DNA of 32,000 nucleotides, from contig NC_007969.1 in the NCBI RefSeq assembly GCF_000013905.1, positions 1,320,001 to 1,352,000 of the forward strand. The letters are read 5' to 3'. Below the pieces are notes generated by a model. It ran no database searches and had not been told where the DNA came from. It saw only the letters and a program-made list of their open reading frames with translations. The position numbers were made by a program, and so were the translations under genes. Position 1 is the stretch's first letter, and each line of letters starts with the position of its first letter. This document shows, piece after piece, positions 27,904-32,000 of the stretch. This stretch comes from Psychrobacter cryohalolentis K5. Lineage in GTDB: Bacteria > Pseudomonadota > Gammaproteobacteria > Pseudomonadales > Moraxellaceae.

Positions 27904-28287
27904 TTACAAGTGCTCTAAAGATATTTGTTCTGGCGTCTGTCCGTCATTCATATACGCTTTAAACATCTCACTCAGCTCGCTATCGTCCAAACCTTCCAAT
28001 TCATCGATCGCACTCTTACGCAGCGCACTCAAGCCATCATCATCTGATAGTTGCTGCATTTCTTTCTGTACGTCTTTTTTAGTCACTCTCTTTACTGGTT
28101 TTTTCAATACTTTTGTGGCGACTTTCTTTAATGCTTCTGGTTTTGCTGCTGTGCCTTCGCCTAATTGCTCACGGACGTCTGCGATGTCGACTTCTACTTG
28201 TACGATATGCGAGCCACCATCGTTTAGGTCTGAAAATACGTTTGGGATAAACAAACCACCGTCTTTGATGATTGCGGTATATTGCAC
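27904..28287 (-). CDS. Hypothetical 127-aa protein with a DUF104-antitoxin-like N-terminus and a Lys-rich then acidic tail
   Basis: GTG start at 28287 with GGAGG 4 nt upstream. The first upstream in-frame stop is 12 codons away. N-terminus MQYTAIIKDGGLFIPNVFSDLNDGGSHIVQVEV follows the A.Y.NG.F.P....L.EG..V.V pattern of DUF104 proteins. The rest is unrecognised. Confidence 0.6.
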   Translation of the reverse strand: MQYTAIIKDGGLFIPNVFSDLNDGGSHIVQVEVDIADVREQLGEGTAAKPEALKKVATKVLKKPVKRVTKKDVQKEMQQLSDDDGLSALRKSAIDELEGLDDSELSEMFKAYMNDGQTPEQISLEHL

Positions 28288-28357
28288 ATGACCTCCGTCG
28301 TTTTCATTGTTTGTGTGTTTCAGTTATAGCACTTAATGCCTCTTATAATGACTTTCA

Positions 28358-28645
28358 TCATGGCTGGCGTGTCGCAAGATTGTCATATACTTTGTTGTTT
28401 TCTCTTTTGCCTACTGCTAATACATAAACTACCACCACATCATCTTTTACGGTATATACCAGACGATAGCCTACGGTGCGTAATTTGATTTTATAAGTAT
28501 CCGTATGTCCCGATAGTTTTGACGCAGGCACATGAGGGTTTGACAATCGCTGCTGTAATTTTTTCTTGAACTGCTGCTGAATATTTGGCGCTATCTTTTT
28601 CCACTCTTTTAACGCTAAAGGATGAAACTCAAGATTATAAGTCAT
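28358..28645 (-). CDS. relE: Type II toxin RelE (mRNA interferase, RelE/StbE family)
   Basis: 95 aa, alignable end to end by eye with E. coli RelE (ALKEWKK, KKKL, YKIKLR, GYRLVY, VVVYVLAVGKRE, VY). The start overlaps the antitoxin stop by 11 nt. Confidence 0.9.
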   Translation of the reverse strand: MTYNLEFHPLALKEWKKIAPNIQQQFKKKLQQRLSNPHVPASKLSGHTDTYKIKLRTVGYRLVYTVKDDVVVVYVLAVGKRENNKVYDNLATRQP

Positions 28646-28886
28646 CCAACGTTACCTTTATCGGTATCTGCCCGTCATTTAACCGTGCGCTAACGGTTTG
28701 GCTTAATGCCATGTCGTCCATGGCTTCCATCATGCGCTCGAATACGTCTGTCGAAACTAGGTAAGCCACGGGTTTATTGTGGTTTAAAATAGCAATAGAC
28801 TCACCGTCTGACTGTTTAATCAGTGCCGACGGGTTGGATTTTAGTTCTGAGATACTGGCTGTCTGTGTCGCAAATATTGGTTTCAT
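28635..28886 (-). CDS. Type II antitoxin with a Phd/YefM-type N-domain and RelB-like C-terminal tail (StbD-type)
   Basis: 83 aa. ISELKSNPSALIKQSDGESIAILNHNKPVAYLVS is the Phd/YefM fold signature. The C-terminus PIKVTLDDL resembles the RelE-binding tail of E. coli RelB (PVRVTLDEL, as I recall it). GGAG lies 8 nt before the ATG. Confidence 0.88.
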   Translation of the reverse strand: MKPIFATQTASISELKSNPSALIKQSDGESIAILNHNKPVAYLVSTDVFERMMEAMDDMALSQTVSARLNDGQIPIKVTLDDL

Positions 28887-28976
28887 GATTCATTCTCCGC
28901 TAATATTACGCTCTAAATATAGCGCTAATTTTAGCACGAAAATTAGGTCTTATTTGTTAATCTATTTATGCATAAT

Positions 28977-29046
28977 TTGTAGGGTGCGCCTCGCGCACCT
29001 TTAAATACGATTTCTATATCATCGGTGCGCTGGGCGCACCCTACAA
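28977..29046. repeat. REPIN-like doublet: two inverted 23-nt REP units
   Basis: ttgtagggtgcgccTCgcgcacc (28977-28999) and the reverse complement of 29024-29046 (ttgtagggtgcgccCAgcgcacc) are identical except for the 2 central nt. Each unit itself contains a 7-bp hairpin, ggtgcgc-nnn-gcgcacc. The spacer is 24 nt. Confidence 0.85.
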
Positions 29047-29067
29047 CTTTGGCTAATCTGAGCCATA

Positions 29068-29838
29068 TTATTTAATGCCTTTTGCCTTATTGATTTTTTT
29101 AGCTTTTGCTAGAATGGTTTTAGATTTGTTTTCGAATAATTCAGATAGAACATGTTCTAAAATTTCATACAAGTCAATGACATCATTTTTGGTTAATCTC
29201 TTTTCTGGGTGACTACCTTCATTACCAATCCATTTAATTGCCAAAAGTAATTCTTTAAGTTCAGAATTTTGCTTAGCTAGTTTATCAATTCTATTGTGTA
29301 AGTTTATTTTAACTCTCTTATTTTTATTGTTTATAGTAGTCTTTGGTATTTTGAAATGATTCAATATTAGCTCCAAGGCGGAGCGTGCATGATTTATTGC
29401 AGCAGAAGGAGAGCTAAAAAATAATTCAAAAGACTTATTAAGTTGATTAGTAATATCATCTGGAACATTTTCAGGTATGTCGATGATTTTTAATGATGGA
29501 TAAAAATAATAAGGCTCGAAACATGGTGAATAAACCTGCTGTTGCATACCGTAGTCATCTTCTTCTATGTCCCAATCCAAACAACCATGACCTGAGCTTG
29601 CAAACTGTTCATTACAATTGTTGTTTGAACATCTAAAGATGCAACTATATACGAAACGAACCGATTCAGGATCCGATTCATAGAGAGGGTGCACTTTTTG
29701 AGAAACAGAAGTTTCTTTACTAAAAAACGTATCCTCATTAATCACTAAATAGCCATTAGAACAAGGCCAATAAGTATTTTGGTTTGTTGTGAAGTAGGAA
29801 GTTAGAAGTTCTTTGTCAATCATGAAATATGGTCTCAT
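29068..29838 (-). CDS. Hypothetical protein with a Cys-rich N-terminal domain and DUF4145-like C-terminal domain
   Basis: 256-aa ORF in markedly AT-rich DNA. The C-terminal half (AAINHARSALELIL ... LLAIKWIGNEGSHPE ... VIDLYEILEHVLSELF) matches the DUF4145 pattern (R.alE ... lR.lGN.aaH ...) as I recall it. The N-terminus carries WPC, CIFRCSNNNC, GHGC and SPC. The start is ATG 29838 or 29823, and no SD is seen for either. Confidence 0.65.
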   Translation of the reverse strand: MRPYFMIDKELLTSYFTTNQNTYWPCSNGYLVINEDTFFSKETSVSQKVHPLYESDPESVRFVYSCIFRCSNNNCNEQFASSGHGCLDWDIEEDDYGMQQQVYSPCFEPYYFYPSLKIIDIPENVPDDITNQLNKSFELFFSSPSAAINHARSALELILNHFKIPKTTINNKNKRVKINLHNRIDKLAKQNSELKELLLAIKWIGNEGSHPEKRLTKNDVIDLYEILEHVLSELFENKSKTILAKAKKINKAKGIK

Positions 29839-30025
29839 GTAGTAAGTCTATAATTATTTATATAGTCATAAATTACCATGCTATTTTTTAAGCCAATGAT
29901 ACAATAGTCTTACTTGGCACAGAGGTTTCACTGCTAGTCTCAATATTGGAACATAGCGAGCTTAACTAAATAAGCAAAACCCGCCATCCGTCAGAAATTC
30001 TATTTAAAGAGCTTCTTTTGCAAAC

Positions 30026-32000
30026 CTAGATCTTACAAGCCCCGCCCGCACAATCATCTTCCATATCCGCTTGGGCATCGTTCGCACCATCACGAGTGTT
30101 ATGATAGTACAAAGTTTTCACGCCAAGCTTATACGCGTTTAACAAGTCTTTTAGTAATATCTTCATTGGTACACGGCCGCCTTCATAACGAACAGGATCG
30201 TAGTTGGTATTGGCAGAGATACTTTGATCAACGAATTTTTGCATGACAGCGACCAGCTTTAGGTAACCATCATTGTTTGGCATTTGCCATAGTAGCTCAT
30301 ACTGATTTTTTAGCTTATTAATCTCAGGCACGACTTGCTTCAAGATGCCATCTTTTGACGCTTTGATAGAGACCAGACCGCGTGGTGGCTCGATACCATT
30401 AGTGGCGTTGGCGATCTGACTCGAGGTCTCAGACGGCATCAAGGCGGTTAGGGTAGAGTTGCGTAGACCGTGCTCAGTGATCTCGCCACGTAGCGTTTCC
30501 CAATCGAGATGTAGCGGCTCTTGGCAGATTTTATCCAAGTCTTTTTTGTACGTATCAATCGGCAAGATACCTTGTGAGTACGTCGTCTCATTGAACGCAG
30601 GGCAAGCGCCTTGCTCTTTTGCCAATTTGTTTGACGCTTTCAAGAGATAAAATTGCAATGCTTCAAAGGTTTGATGCGTCAGACCAATGGCGCTGTCGTC
30701 TGAATAGCGTACGCCATTCTTGGCAAGGTAATAAGCATAGTTAATCACGCCCACACCGAGCGTACGGCGACGCATGCTGCCGTTTTGAGCGGCTTTTACT
30801 GGATAGTCTTGATAGTCAAGCAGGGCATCAAGCGCACGGACAATTAGCTCAGCTGGTTCTTCGATATCGCTGACGTTTTCGACTTTACCCAAGTTGACCG
30901 CTGATAGCGTGCAAAGCGCGATTTCGCCTTCTTCGTCATTGATATTATCCAGTGGCTTCGTCGGTAGGGCGATTTCCATACATAGGTTTGACTGGCGAAT
31001 CGGCGCAACCGTCGCGTCAAATGGGCTATGCGTATTGCAATGATCGACGTTTTGGATATAGATACGACCCGTACTGGCGCGCTCTTGCATCATTAGACTG
31101 AACAAGTCTGCTGCTGGGATTTGACGGCTACGAATAGCAGGGTCATTTTCGTACTTGGTGTATAGCTCTTCGAACTTGTCTTGATCTTCAAAGAAAGCAT
31201 CATACAAGCCAGGGGTATCACCTGGAGAGAATAGCGAGATGTCTTGACCTTTTATTAGGCGAGTGTACATCGTTTTGTTTAACTGTACGCCATAATCCAT
31301 ATGACGGACACGGTTGTCTTCGACGCCACGGTTGTTTTTCAATACTAAGAGCGACTCAACTTCTAAATGCCATAATGGGTAGAATAATGTCGCAGCACCG
31401 CCACGGACGCCACCTTGTGAGCAGCATTTAACGGCTGTCTGAAACAATTTGTAGAATGGGATACAACCCGTATGCTGTGCTTCGCCGCCACGGATAGGGC
31501 TACCGAGGGCACGGATGCGACCAGCGTTGATGCCGATACCAGCACGCTGTGACACGTAGCGTACGATGGCGCTGGTGGTCGCGTTGATAGAGTCTAGGCT
31601 ATCACCACATTCGATAAGGACGCACGAGCTAAACTGGCGCGATGGCGTACGTACGCCTGACATGATAGGGGTTGGTAGTGAGATTTTGAATTCTGAAGTC
31701 GCATCATAGAAACGCTTCACATAGTTCATACGCTCTGATTTTTCGTAACGGCTGAACAAGCACATACCAACCAGCATGTACAAGAACTGCGGGCTTTCAA
31801 AGACGGTTTTGCTCACGCGATCTTGAACGAGGTATTTACCTGCCATTTGCTCAACAGCAGCATAAGCAAGGTTCATATCGCGCCAGTGATCGAGATACTC
31901 TTCTAACTCGTCAAATTCAGCACGGCTATAGTCCGCTAGGATATGCTGATCGTATTTTCCAGCATCAGTGAGTTTTTTAACGTGATCATACAGGTGCGGC
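30026..32000 (-). CDS. nrdA: Ribonucleoside-diphosphate reductase alpha subunit (class Ia), N-terminus outside the window
   Basis: Collinear with E. coli NrdA residues ~110-761 (FSSCVLIECGDSLDSINAT, GGVRGGAATLFYP, NLCMEIALPT, SETSSQ, C-terminal GGACKI). The frame stays open upstream of the track's Met at 31876 to base 32000 (..PHLYDHVKKLTDAGKYDQHILADYSRAEFDELEEYLDHWRDM). Confidence 0.97.
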   Translation of the reverse strand, partial: PHLYDHVKKLTDAGKYDQHILADYSRAEFDELEEYLDHWRDMNLAYAAVEQMAGKYLVQDRVSKTVFESPQFLYMLVGMCLFSRYEKSERMNYVKRFYDATSEFKISLPTPIMSGVRTPSRQFSSCVLIECGDSLDSINATTSAIVRYVSQRAGIGINAGRIRALGSPIRGGEAQHTGCIPFYKLFQTAVKCCSQGGVRGGAATLFYPLWHLEVESLLVLKNNRGVEDNRVRHMDYGVQLNKTMYTRLIKGQDISLFSPGDTPGLYDAFFEDQDKFEELYTKYENDPAIRSRQIPAADLFSLMMQERASTGRIYIQNVDHCNTHSPFDATVAPIRQSNLCMEIALPTKPLDNINDEEGEIALCTLSAVNLGKVENVSDIEEPAELIVRALDALLDYQDYPVKAAQNGSMRRRTLGVGVINYAYYLAKNGVRYSDDSAIGLTHQTFEALQFYLLKASNKLAKEQGACPAFNETTYSQGILPIDTYKKDLDKICQEPLHLDWETLRGEITEHGLRNSTLTALMPSETSSQIANATNGIEPPRGLVSIKASKDGILKQVVPEINKLKNQYELLWQMPNNDGYLKLVAVMQKFVDQSISANTNYDPVRYEGGRVPMKILLKDLLNAYKLGVKTLYYHNTRDGANDAQADMEDDCAGGACKI

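Noticed and set aside
27830-28291. 153-aa plus-strand ORF covering the same DNA as the 127-aa minus-strand gene
   Set aside because: Its product is Ser/Cys/Phe-rich with no recognisable features. It starts inside the nrdB start region and runs against the operon. The minus-strand frame has a GGAGG RBS and a structured N-terminus, so I called that strand instead.
28777-29004. 75-aa plus-strand ORF spanning the antitoxin start and the first REP unit
   Set aside because: It is antisense to the antitoxin gene and runs into a palindromic repeat. No RBS is present. It is likely spurious.
1-32000. Search by eye for tRNA/rRNA genes, CRISPR arrays, integrase/transposase/phage genes, and NrdR-box palindromes near nrdB
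   Set aside because: I found no T-loop (GGTTCGAAT-type) or cloverleaf candidates, no spacer-repeat arrays and no recombinase-like ORFs. I saw no convincing 16-bp NrdR-type palindrome in 27832-27903 or 28288-28357. The nrdA promoter lies outside the window.

Overview
Chromosomal window from an AT-leaning gammaproteobacterium. Gene content, an isolated gspL-gspM pair and hydrophilic extensions on housekeeping proteins look Moraxellaceae/Psychrobacter-like, but that assignment is inference only. Most of the window is housekeeping. In order it holds a YdjA-like nitroreductase (5' partial), gpsA, sixA, gspL-gspM, a small membrane protein, pyrD, cvpA-purF, azlC-azlD, a MATE exporter and yajC-secD-secF. 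These are followed by a DUF21-CBS (CNNM) protein, a secreted NTF2-like protein and a 1021-aa multi-LysM MltD-like lipoprotein convergent with an MltF-like transglycosylase. The window ends with a Nif3/YbgI protein, a DegS/AlgW-like protease and the class Ia ribonucleotide reductase operon nrdA (partial)-nrdB-yfaE. The stand-out is a ~2.2 kb accessory insertion between nrdA and nrdB, co-oriented with the operon. It contains an AT-rich gene for a protein with a Cys-rich N-terminus and a DUF4145-like C-terminus, a REPIN-like palindrome doublet, and an antitoxin/RelE toxin pair. It also holds a GTG-initiated 127-aa protein whose N-terminus resembles DUF104-type antitoxins. Other signals not explained by genes are: a ~76-bp hairpin element present twice, with compensatory arm substitutions around a conserved core; a G-rich CATGGGG heptamer array; a 20-bp hairpin with nested direct repeats; and a 985-bp ORF-free AT-rich gap. 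I saw no rRNA, tRNA, CRISPR array, transposase or integrase.
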